From positions 1 through 40,810 of the IMG/VR virus record IMGVR_UViG_3300035156_000145: a stretch of 40,810 bases of DNA. One strand, written 5' to 3'. Of this stretch, positions 1 to 6,733 are shown piece by piece. Source of the stretch: a virus. Each line of letters starts with the position of its first letter. Positions within the stretch are counted from its first letter, which is position 1. The notes below the pieces were generated by a model. That model was not told the DNA's origin. It searched no databases and worked only from the letters and a program-made list of their open reading frames with translations. The position numbers and the translations under genes are program-made.

Positions 1-127
1 AGCAGCGCATCCCGGCCGGCGATCATGTGGGCGCGGAACTCGTCGCCAATGCCTTGCTCGCACATGACGTTACCCATGTTGACCGCGCCAACGAGCAAAT
101 CCCACGATGCACGGTCGCCCCGGCCTT
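1..127. repeat. Terminal direct repeat, copy A (identical to 40684-40810); circular-assembly overlap
   Basis: Read base by base: 1-127 matches 40684-40810 exactly. Both ends lie inside the same minus-strand ORF. Confidence 0.95.
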
Positions 128-278
128 GAACGATTGCCGCCATAGCGCCGTGGTTGCGGATATTCAGCCGGCGCAAATGGTCAGCATGGTCGCCTGAGAG
201 TCCGCCGAAGAATGTCGACATGACGTTTTTCGCCACGTACTTAGGACCTTGGTATTTCTTGTTTCGCTTGGCCTTCAT
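1..278 (-). CDS. 5' part of a 163-aa hypothetical early protein that spans the circular junction (continues at 40683-40470)
   Basis: ATG at 278 overlaps the helicase stop (ATGA). Hand translation MKAKRNKKYQGPKYVAKNVMSTFFGG... stays open to base 1 and is in frame with ORF 40470-40781 (278-98=180 nt). Confidence 0.7.
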   Translation of the reverse strand, partial: MKAKRNKKYQGPKYVAKNVMSTFFGGLSGDHADHLRRLNIRNHGAMAAIVQGRGDRASWDLLVGAVNMGNVMCEQGIGDEFRAHMIAGRDAL

Positions 279-1183
279 GCCGCCCTCCGTACCGGTGTGG
301 TCATTGGGTAGCGAATTGCGTGCACGCCTTGAGTCTCAAGGTACTGTTGCGAGTCGACGTCGAACCAGAACCCGAACTTGCCCTCGAACTCGCCATTGCG
401 CTGCTTTTCGCACGACAGGATGCACGTTGCCTCGCCGTTGCCGCTTTGCTCGGCCTGCTTGTTGCGCCACACGATGAACACGTTGTCCACCATGTCAGTG
501 ATTGCGCCCGCGCCCTTGATATCGAACTTGCCGGGTGTCTTATGCTCGCTCTCGCCCTTGCGGACGTGGTGCACCAGATGGATGTGCACGTTGTGCGCTT
601 GGGCGAACGCGCATAGCTCGTTGACGAAATCCTTTTGGCCGTTGTAGTCGTCCTCGCCCTTGACGCACTTCATCAGGCTATCGACAACGAAATGGGTAAT
701 GCCGAAGTTCTTTCGGGCGTAACGCATGACGGCGATGACCTTGCGCCATTCGACTGCACCAACGTGGTCATACAGCCACAGGCGCTCGTCGGTCCATGCG
801 TGGAAGCGGTTGAGCAGGGCGATTTCCGGCTCGCGGTCTGCGCACGCCTGGCGGCTCATCCGGTGCATTTGCTTCACCGGCCGCATTTCAAAGCTGGCGA
901 TCATGACGCGCTCGGACTGCATGCACAGGTCAAGGCTCACTTGCGAGAGGAACATGCTTTTGCCGTGGCCGTTGACGCCGGCCCAAATCGAGACTTCACC
1001 CGGGCGAAACTTCACCTTGTCTTTGGTCTTGGCCCACAGCATCGTAGGAACCGGCGCGGTATTGGCCGGCAGGTAGAAACTGTCGATAGTCTCGGCAAGC
1101 CAGGATGAAGCGGGCAACACGTTATGCTTCTGCGTGTCTTCCATGTATTCGCGGAAGTCGATTGTGTCAGTGATCAACTGCAT
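275..1183 (-). CDS. Replicative DNA helicase, DnaB/T7-gp4 C-terminal (RecA-type) family
   Basis: Walker A GVNGHGKS. DnaB/RepA-like motifs (HFVVDSLMK, HIHLVHHVRK). Start moved to ATG 1183, which has an AAGGGA RBS. Confidence 0.85.
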   Translation of the reverse strand: MQLITDTIDFREYMEDTQKHNVLPASSWLAETIDSFYLPANTAPVPTMLWAKTKDKVKFRPGEVSIWAGVNGHGKSMFLSQVSLDLCMQSERVMIASFEMRPVKQMHRMSRQACADREPEIALLNRFHAWTDERLWLYDHVGAVEWRKVIAVMRYARKNFGITHFVVDSLMKCVKGEDDYNGQKDFVNELCAFAQAHNVHIHLVHHVRKGESEHKTPGKFDIKGAGAITDMVDNVFIVWRNKQAEQSGNGEATCILSCEKQRNGEFEGKFGFWFDVDSQQYLETQGVHAIRYPMTTPVRRAA

Positions 1184-1607
1184 AAGGCATCCCTTTCTCG
1201 CTGCGCGCATAGGTGCGGCCGGTCATGAAATCTTGATTCTGGAATGGCATCCATTCGAGGAAGTCCAGTTCGTACAGCCAGTCCTTGACCGGATACGACA
1301 GGTCATCCATCGTCGGGACCAGGTAGACCTTTGCGCCCCACTGCTCGAACGTGTTCCAGATGTTCAGGTGTGCGGGACGTTGCAGGGCGATGGCCTTGAG
1401 CGTGTCGACCCAATCGCTTGTCGCGCCGATGTGCAGGCAGATATCGAGGTCACGGGTCCAGCGCCAGTCGTAGGCAAGAGCGGGGTCGGCGTAGACAACG
1501 TGGTTGCCGTGGCAGATCGAGCCAACCAGGGAAACGCGGATCAGTTCGGCAGGCTTGCGGCCCTTGAGGCGAGCAGCGATGATCGGCTCGGCATTGGTGG
1601 GGATCAT
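1167..1607 (-). CDS. Hypothetical protein (146 aa) between replication initiator and helicase
   Basis: ATG 1607 overlaps the upstream stop (ATGA coupling). No recognisable motifs. Confidence 0.6.
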   Translation of the reverse strand: MIPTNAEPIIAARLKGRKPAELIRVSLVGSICHGNHVVYADPALAYDWRWTRDLDICLHIGATSDWVDTLKAIALQRPAHLNIWNTFEQWGAKVYLVPTMDDLSYPVKDWLYELDFLEWMPFQNQDFMTGRTYARSEKGMPYAVDH

Positions 1608-2296
1608 AGGTAATCCCTCGCTGCCGGGCCAGCAGGCGGCGCTAGGTCCTCGGGCTTGAGCCAGGACGCCTCGAATCCAGTCCAACCCCGTCTGCAGGAA
1701 ATCGTAAGCGCACGCTCCAACGTCATGTTCGCTTTGTCGGCCTGCTTGACGATATCGCCCAATGCCGTAGCCGTGACGATGGCCTTTTTCTGCTTGCGAA
1801 GCTTGAGCCAATCGCCTGCAGTCTGCGAAGTGACGCCATGAGCGGCGAGTTCTTCGACGGGGTTGAAGGTGGCAGGAGCCGGAGGCGACGACGCGTTGTT
1901 CGAGTCCTTCCCTTCCTTCCCTTCCTTCCCTTCCGCTTTCACGCGTGCCTGACGCGTGCCTGACGCGTCGCTGTGGCGTGAAGGAATAAGGCTCTGCGAC
2001 TCCCGATTATTGATAACTTGGTGTTCAGTGAAGGTCGGAATCTCAGCATATTGTTTGCCGTCGACCGTGTAGAGGATGATCAGTCCCTTGACGACCAGTT
2101 CCTGTGCAAGCACGTGAACGTCACAGGAATCGCCAGGGAGGTAGCGCAGCTTGAATGTGCTTGGCTTCCACTCCATGCGACCTTCGCGGTCGCTCTCACA
2201 CCACAGGGACACGTAAAAGAGGCGTGCAAGCGGCGACATGGACACGATGTCGTCGCTTGAAAAGAACTCAGGCTTGATTGTGCGGATGCGGCTCAT
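1604..2296 (-). CDS. Putative replication initiator / replisome organiser
   Basis: Sits in the lambda O position, upstream of the helicase. N-terminal IRTIKPEFFSSDD motif is typical of phage replication-organiser proteins. Contains internal iteron-like DNA repeats. Confidence 0.6.
   Translation of the reverse strand: MSRIRTIKPEFFSSDDIVSMSPLARLFYVSLWCESDREGRMEWKPSTFKLRYLPGDSCDVHVLAQELVVKGLIILYTVDGKQYAEIPTFTEHQVINNRESQSLIPSRHSDASGTRQARVKAEGKEGKEGKDSNNASSPPAPATFNPVEELAAHGVTSQTAGDWLKLRKQKKAIVTATALGDIVKQADKANMTLERALTISCRRGWTGFEASWLKPEDLAPPAGPAARDYL
1905..1934. repeat. Tandem 9-bp pyrimidine tract (ccttcccttx3+), encodes (GKE)n linker
   Basis: Read directly: tccttcccttccttcccttccttcccttcc. Translates to EGKEGKEGK in the initiator protein. 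Confidence 0.85.
1941..1973. repeat. Three tandem 11-bp iteron-like repeats (acgcgtgcctg x2, acgcgtcgctg); candidate ori iterons
   Basis: Direct repeats at one-helical-turn spacing inside the initiator gene. A further ACGCGT lies at 1891 and a more AT-rich stretch follows (about 1980-2060). Confidence 0.5.
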
Positions 2297-2451
2297 ACCG
2301 GCGATACCTGCGCCAGGTCAACACGCTGGCCGGCCGATGGTCCATGATAGAACTCATCGGCGGCTTGGTCGTAACCCTGCAGCCAGTCGTAGAATGCGTT
2401 AGCGCCACGCTTTTGCATGGTGGCACGTGAAATGATCGACTCGTCAGCCAT
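2293..2451 (-). CDS. Small hypothetical protein (52 aa), below the ORF-track cutoff
   Basis: Hand translation MADESIISRATMQKRGANAFYDWLQGYDQAADEFYHGPSAGQRVDLAQVSPV. Its stop overlaps the initiator ATG (ATGA). Confidence 0.45.
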   Translation of the reverse strand: MADESIISRATMQKRGANAFYDWLQGYDQAADEFYHGPSAGQRVDLAQVSPV

Positions 2452-2638
2452 GATGGCCCCCGACGATTTCGCTTACGTCGCCATTCCAGCCCTTGACCAT
2501 ATGGCCCAGGGTGCGCTTGCAGTTGTGTTCGGCCGTCTTGAGTTTGTCTTTTTTCATATCGTCTTCACAGGCGTCTATCTGCTGCTGGATGCTTTTCCAC
2601 TTCACCAGCTGCTGCCCTATCTCCCCTTGTTTGCTCAT
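2444..2638 (-). CDS. Small hypothetical protein (64 aa)
   Basis: ORF preceded by a GGAAGG RBS. Lies in the early-right operon. Confidence 0.55.
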   Translation of the reverse strand: MSKQGEIGQQLVKWKSIQQQIDACEDDMKKDKLKTAEHNCKRTLGHMVKGWNGDVSEIVGGHHG

Positions 2639-2689
2639 CGTTGATTACCTTCCAATTTGTGATTGGCGCTTTTTGCTCTGCGCCTCGAT

Positions 2690-2932
2690 TCAGCAGCGGA
2701 TCGGGATCGGAGTGCCCCCGCGACGACCAGGGAAAGCTGTGCCTACTTTGGTACTAGCGCGGCGTGGAGTCGGGCCGTAAGATTCGCGACGTTGGTGCAG
2801 GGCAGCGTGAACAGATTCGCGAACCAGGCGGCTCTGTGAAATGTTCTTTGCGGTGCAGTACGCGGCCATCCTTTCGAACAGCGTTGCACTGAAGTAGCTC
2901 TTTACCGGGATGTCTTTGTTGTTGATGCTCAT
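2690..2932 (-). CDS. Ribbon-helix-helix (CopG/Arc-like) DNA-binding protein in the cII position
   Basis: N-terminal beta-alpha-alpha pattern (VKSYFSATLFERMAAYCTAKNISQSRLVRESV), basic tail, immediately downstream of cro. Confidence 0.6.
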   Translation of the reverse strand: MSINNKDIPVKSYFSATLFERMAAYCTAKNISQSRLVRESVHAALHQRRESYGPTPRRASTKVGTAFPGRRGGTPIPIRC

Positions 2933-3028
2933 ATCGTTTCCTTTTTGTGGTACAGGATTGGGTGGATTCAGGTCAATTTATTTTCAGCAACTCTTTAGGC
3001 GCGACGAAGCGCCCGGCACGCTAAGGTG

Positions 3029-3295
3029 TCAGGGCGGCGTCACTTGGGCGCGGCGTGGCTTTGTTGCTGGCAGCTTTGTAAGCTCGGGCCAGATCGCCTG
3101 CCAGTTCTCGGGGCAAAGTTCCTGGCGCGTCACTTCGCCGCCAGTCGCTTGCTCGATCTGAACGCAACGTTCAGGGGAGATTGGAGCCTTGCCGCTTGCC
3201 ATCTGCGACAGGTACGAAGTTGAGACGCCGACAAGCTGCGTGGCTAACCACGTCGCGCGTCCGCGCTCGGCTGATAGGTAGGTTTTGAGGTTCAT
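3029..3295 (-). CDS. cro: Cro-like HTH regulator (YdaS/Cro family)
   Basis: HTH segment ATWLATQLVGVSTSYLSQMASGK. Divergent from the cI-like gene across an operator-containing 72-bp spacer. Confidence 0.75.
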   Translation of the reverse strand: MNLKTYLSAERGRATWLATQLVGVSTSYLSQMASGKAPISPERCVQIEQATGGEVTRQELCPENWQAIWPELTKLPATKPRRAQVTPP

Positions 3296-3302
3296 GAGCC
3301 AC

Positions 3303-3332
3303 AGTTTAGCGTCTACTAAACCACGAAGTCAA
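3303..3332 (-). promoter_or_regulatory. PR-like promoter for cro operon: TTGACT-N18-TAAACT
   Basis: -35 is the reverse complement of 3327-3332 and -10 the reverse complement of 3303-3308. The -10 lies inside operator 1. The cro ATG is only 7 nt downstream and has no SD. Confidence 0.55.
3304..3321. promoter_or_regulatory. Operator 1: GTTTAG-CGTCTA-CTAAAC
   Basis: Perfect 6-bp inverted arms separated by 6 bp. Same TTTAG-N6-CTAAA core as 3344-3359 and 4609-4624. Confidence 0.65.
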
Positions 3333-3342
3333 GTGAATACTA

Positions 3343-3360
3343 ATTTAGAAGAGGCTAAAC
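3343..3360. promoter_or_regulatory. Operator 2: ATTTAG-AAGAGG-CTAAAC (overlaps PRM-like -10 TAAACT 3356-3361)
   Basis: TTTAG-N6-CTAAA core. The cI ATG (3368) follows 6 nt after the TAAACT hexamer and has no SD. Confidence 0.6.
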
Positions 3361-3367
3361 TTCCAAT

Positions 3368-3751
3368 ATGGACATAGTTGAAACTAGGCGGGAGAACCTG
3401 CGGCGGTGGATTCGAAAGAATGGCACGCCAAAAAACGAGAAGAGCATGTTTTCTCAGCTCAAAGGAACGGCGTCATTCGGGGAGAAGATTGCCCGCCGTC
3501 TTGAGGATGCGTACGGGATGGGTGCGGGATATTTGGACACGCCTAACGCGCCGGTTGCTGTGGTTGCGCCGCCTGCTGATACTGATCTTGAAGCTATGTT
3601 GAAGCTAACGATCCAAACCGCCGAGGAGATGCGAGTGCTAATCACCTATAGGCGTAGCGGCCCGGATGGTAAGGACATCATCAACGGGGCTGTCGAGAGT
3701 GCGCTCGGGCTGATAAGGGAGGGCGCGCGGGACGAGGGTGAGTCTCGGTAG
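3368..3751 (+). CDS. cI: cI-like repressor, HTH only (no S24 peptidase domain)
   Basis: Divergent from cro. Segment FSQLKGTASFGEKIARRLEDAYGMGAGYLD resembles an XRE/434-type HTH. At 127 aa there are no Ser/Lys autocleavage motifs. Confidence 0.65.
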   Translation: MDIVETRRENLRRWIRKNGTPKNEKSMFSQLKGTASFGEKIARRLEDAYGMGAGYLDTPNAPVAVVAPPADTDLEAMLKLTIQTAEEMRVLITYRRSGPDGKDIINGAVESALGLIREGARDEGESR

Positions 3752-3983
3752 CGGTGCCGCTAATTTTGCAGACCGTATACGCAAAAGCGCTTTGCCAGTG
3801 GCAAGCCACATTTCCCTCGCAGTAGGGTCGAGGGCAGTATAGAGAGCAAGTAGTTCGGCAGTGGGCGGCATGAGAAATTCTAGATTACGCCGAATTTTGC
3901 TTACACACAATGCATGTTGCAACTAAATGTAACGATGTACGTACATGTAATTTACAGTTTCGAACTACGGAGACGAGTGTTTA

Positions 3984-4529
3984 ATGTTCAATATCTTTGA
4001 GGGTGCTCGCCGTGTTGCCCTGCTTGTTGTTGGGCTTAGTATGATCGGTGGAGTGGTAGCTGCTTGGAATGCCGAGCCGCGCGTTGAGCTTCGGTATAAC
4101 GTATCGTTCTATGGCGCGACGCCAACGAAAGCGGAGAATTGCGCCTATGAGGATGGGGAATACACTGATCCTCGCCAGTTGCCAGGCGGGCAGACATATT
4201 ACTTGGAAATATGCTTCTCATCCTCAAGGGCCGATAACGGGGAGGTCTTAGTTCCGTACGCGCCCACCACAGATGGGAGGGTATTCATGGAAGATCGCTA
4301 TAGCGACGAAGTGAAGAACTATATGCGCGCGACTGCCGGGAAATTTGCCCCCTCGACCGCTGATCTGGATGACGCAAAAGCCGAGTACTGGAAGCAAACC
4401 TTTACGAAGCGGCTGTCCGTCATTGGATATACGCTTTTAGGAGTAATGCTGTTCTGGTTAGCAGTTTCCGCGATGGGCTGGATTGCCAGAGGATTTTTCG
4501 GGATACCGGCAGGGGCAGATCACAAGTAG
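3984..4529 (+). CDS. Membrane protein moron (181 aa; N-terminal and C-terminal TM segments, Cys-containing central domain); candidate superinfection-exclusion/defence protein
   Basis: Hydrophobic segments VALLVVGLSMIGGVVAAW and VIGYTLLGVMLFWLAVSAMGWIA. Visibly AT-richer than its flanks, downstream of cI, followed by its own terminator. GGAG RBS. Confidence 0.7.
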   Translation: MFNIFEGARRVALLVVGLSMIGGVVAAWNAEPRVELRYNVSFYGATPTKAENCAYEDGEYTDPRQLPGGQTYYLEICFSSSRADNGEVLVPYAPTTDGRVFMEDRYSDEVKNYMRATAGKFAPSTADLDDAKAEYWKQTFTKRLSVIGYTLLGVMLFWLAVSAMGWIARGFFGIPAGADHK

Positions 4530-4548
4530 ACAATCGTCGCCAACAACA

Positions 4549-4575
4549 GAACCTGCACTCAGCAGGTTTTTTTTC
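4549..4575 (+). terminator. Rho-independent terminator after the moron
   Basis: Stem AACCTGC/GCAGGTT, 5-nt loop, then a run of 8 T. Confidence 0.85.
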
Positions 4576-4596
4576 GTCGCTATGTTTAGTAAATGC

Positions 4597-4626
4597 TTGA
4601 CACATGTGTTTAGTGTTTGCTAAAGT
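4597..4626 (+). promoter_or_regulatory. PL-like early promoter TTGACA-N18-TAAAGT
   Basis: Consensus -35 at 4597-4602 and -10 at 4621-4626. Drives the plus-strand early operon starting at 4673. Confidence 0.7.
4609..4624. promoter_or_regulatory. Operator 3 (OL): TTTAG-TGTTTG-CTAAA, overlapping the PL -10; partial extra site at 4585-4600
   Basis: Same half-sites and spacing as the two PR/PRM operators. The upstream partial copy TTTAG-TAAATG-CTTGA overlaps the -35. Confidence 0.6.
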
Positions 4627-4672
4627 GTGTCTATCGGTTCAGCAACAACGAACCTTCAGCCAGGAGCAGACC

Positions 4673-4921
4673 ATGAACGCCAGCAACCAAGTTGAAATCC
4701 CCGCCGACCAGTTCTTCGCCGCGCTCGACGCGATGGCACCGGCCAAGCCAGCGCTGCCTGAGTTCTCCGTCACGCTGAACTTTCGCAAGTGCGCTGCCTT
4801 CTCGCAGAAGGTGAAAGCCGCTGACAAGCAATCGGCTATCACGCTGGTCCGCTGCTTTGCTGCTCAATGCGGCTTCTCCGGTGCTGAGAGCAAGCCTCAT
4901 GTGTATGAGGTGATGGCATGA
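4673..4921 (+). CDS. Hypothetical early protein (82 aa), first gene of PL operon
   Basis: ATG 4673 is preceded by an AGGAG RBS. The longer ORF-track start at 4604 would lie inside the promoter. Confidence 0.6.
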   Translation: MNASNQVEIPADQFFAALDAMAPAKPALPEFSVTLNFRKCAAFSQKVKAADKQSAITLVRCFAAQCGFSGAESKPHVYEVMA

Positions 4922-5109
4922 GCGGGCCGAAGTGCTTTGCATGCGGGAAGTCGATCCGCAGCACAGCGCACGAGATTGGAACGCGCGATGGTCAGACCGC
5001 ATATGTCGGCCCGGAGTGCTTCAAGTTGATCGTTCGTAGCGGGGAGACTGGCTATCAGCCTCCAAAAGGCGGCCCGCGCTTATTCCAAATTGCAGGAGAG
5101 CCGAAATGA
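4918..5109 (+). CDS. Small Cys-containing protein (63 aa; CxxC...C)
   Basis: ATGA overlap with the upstream gene. Contains CFACGK and GPEC motifs. Confidence 0.55.
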   Translation: MSGPKCFACGKSIRSTAHEIGTRDGQTAYVGPECFKLIVRSGETGYQPPKGGPRLFQIAGEPK

Positions 5110-5360
5110 CCGGCTTCGCCATCCGCGCCTTCGACCACGCAGGCGTATCGCTGAATCTGTACGGCTACCGCGACGAATACGAGTGCGTGATTGAAATCGT
5201 GACCGCTGCCGATAGCGCGATTGACCTGATCGAGCTTTTCCCGGTCAACACACTTGTTCGTATGGGCGAGATTGTCGATGCGCAGTTGAGCCGGGAAGCG
5301 AAGCAGCACAACGCCGAAGCGCGCGCCGAACGTGCAGCGCATAGCCGCGCGATGGCTTGA
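5106..5360 (+). CDS. Hypothetical protein (84 aa)
   Basis: Start overlaps the upstream stop. Consistent operon packing. Confidence 0.55.
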   Translation: MTGFAIRAFDHAGVSLNLYGYRDEYECVIEIVTAADSAIDLIELFPVNTLVRMGEIVDAQLSREAKQHNAEARAERAAHSRAMA

Positions 5361-5392
5361 GCCTGAATGCATTAATAACAACGGAGAACAAC

Positions 5393-5803
5393 ATGCTTTT
5401 TGAAAAAATCGGGACTCAAGACAAGCTGTCGGACAAGCAGGCAATCGCCAAATATTGGGGCGAGAAAATTTCGTCCATTCCTCATCCGAAATACCGCTAT
5501 GGATGCGACGTTCACCCGCACGGATGGGCGGAAATAACGCAAGAGGAATTCACGCAATCGAATTTCTTCCGCTACACCGCACTGGCTACTGCTTGGTCGC
5601 GAACGGCTCTTGGCGACGCGCGCATGTACTTCATGCACGACGACACAGGATTTGCCTTGATTGGTGACTACCACGGCAAAAAGCTGAGCGTATTCAAGTT
5701 TGGATGTCAGCACGATTTCGACAGCGAGAACGTCGGCCACTGCCTGACCAAGTACACCTGCAAGAAATGCGGCTTCGTGCAGACATTCGATTCGTCAGAT
5801 TAA
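5393..5803 (+). CDS. Hypothetical protein (136 aa) with C-terminal Cys cluster
   Basis: ATG 5393 has a GGAGAA RBS. C-terminal CQHDF...CLTKYTCKKCGF. Confidence 0.55.
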   Translation: MLFEKIGTQDKLSDKQAIAKYWGEKISSIPHPKYRYGCDVHPHGWAEITQEEFTQSNFFRYTALATAWSRTALGDARMYFMHDDTGFALIGDYHGKKLSVFKFGCQHDFDSENVGHCLTKYTCKKCGFVQTFDSSD

Positions 5804-5854
5804 TCGCTCGGCCACCACACCGAATAACTAAGCGCCGAGTGCGCACAAGGGGAA

Positions 5855-6325
5855 ATGATGGACGGTTTCAAACTGGTGCCGGTTGAGCCAACGAGCGGAA
5901 TGCTCGGCGCAATGCGCAAGGTAATCGAGCAGCACTACAACCTTGCGAACTATTCGCATATGTTCAAAGAGCGTCACGCTTACACGGCCATGCTCGCCGC
6001 TGCTCCTGCCGCACCTGTAGCCGCACAAGCGCCGAGCGAGTGGATTAGCGTGGATGAGCGGATGCCGGCAGATGAGACACCCGTACTGGTATTTCGCGCT
6101 GATCAAATCCAAGTGGGCGCTGTTTTCCTTGAACATGAGTCGTGGGAAGAAGGCGGCAGGACTATTCGATATTGGGATGACCCGCACGACGACGGAAAAG
6201 TGTGGGACGACGTCAATTATTGGATGCCACTGCCTGCTGCGCCCGACCCCTACGCCGGCATCGCAGCCGATTTCGCCTCGCCAGCCATGCTCACCGAACA
6301 GGAGCCACCATGCGCCAATACCTAA
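5855..6325 (+). CDS. DUF551-domain protein
   Basis: C-terminal WISVDERMPADETPVLVF...YWMPLPAAP pattern is typical of DUF551. AAGGGGA RBS. Confidence 0.7.
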   Translation: MMDGFKLVPVEPTSGMLGAMRKVIEQHYNLANYSHMFKERHAYTAMLAAAPAAPVAAQAPSEWISVDERMPADETPVLVFRADQIQVGAVFLEHESWEEGGRTIRYWDDPHDDGKVWDDVNYWMPLPAAPDPYAGIAADFASPAMLTEQEPPCANT

Positions 6326-6432
6326 TCGCTTGCGCAGTTGCTATCGCCCTGTGCGGTGGTCTGTTCGTAGCCTGCGACGCCGAGAAGGGCAAGCAGACCG
6401 ATTACTTTCAGCGCGTGGGCGGTGTGAAATGA
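6310..6432 (+). CDS. Small membrane peptide (40 aa)
   Basis: ATG 6310 is in frame with ORF 6202-6432. Hydrophobic YLIACAVAIALCGGLFVAC. Confidence 0.4.
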   Translation: MRQYLIACAVAIALCGGLFVACDAEKGKQTDYFQRVGGVK

Positions 6433-6626
6433 GCAACGAGAACAGCGGCGGCTCGGCTTTCCCTGACTTTCGGCAGGATGGCATGACACTGCGCGACTAC
6501 TTTGCGGCGAAGGCGATGGCTGCAATGCTTACCGATCCTTCATGGAAGGGACACACCATCGGCACGGCAGCCGAGACTTCATACCAGATGGCCGACGCCA
6601 TGCTTGCGGAAAGGATGAAGCCATGA
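6429..6626 (+). CDS. Small hypothetical protein (65 aa)
   Basis: ATG 6429 overlaps the upstream stop. LRDYFAAKAMAAML motif is common in small phage proteins. Confidence 0.5.
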   Translation: MSNENSGGSAFPDFRQDGMTLRDYFAAKAMAAMLTDPSWKGHTIGTAAETSYQMADAMLAERMKP

Positions 6627-6733
6627 TTCGCGCCCTCCTGTTCTTCGCCATGGACTATTGCGAGCAACGCCCCGCGCTGATGCTGGCCGGTGTTGCGGTG
6701 TGCGTGATCTTGAGCGGAGTGATCGACAAATGA
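6623..6733 (+). CDS. Small membrane peptide (36 aa)
   Basis: ATGA-type overlap. Hydrophobic PALMLAGVAVCVILSGV. Confidence 0.35.
   Translation: MIRALLFFAMDYCEQRPALMLAGVAVCVILSGVIDK

Noticed and set aside
154-1108. Several plus-strand ORFs (154-477, 320-616, 378-647, 635-1108, 726-1076) near the window start
   Set aside because: All are antisense to the helicase gene and the junction-spanning gene. All have Arg/Ala/Cys-rich shadow-frame composition.
1905-1973. CRISPR-like or satellite array
   Set aside because: There are only 3-4 very short (9-11 bp) abutting units with no spacers, lying inside a coding region. They are better explained as a coding linker plus origin iterons.
2960-3028. tR1-like terminator or nut site between cro and the RHH gene (GGCGC-ttcgtc-GCGCC hairpin)
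   Set aside because: The stem is short with no following U-tract, and no N-like Arg-rich antiterminator is recognisable. The evidence is too weak to call.
3638-3922. 94-aa minus-strand ORF between the moron and cI, overlapping the cI 3' end
   Set aside because: There is no Shine-Dalgarno before either candidate ATG (3922 or 3871). About 114 nt run antisense to the cI coding region. It is probably chance, although an antisense RNA cannot be excluded.
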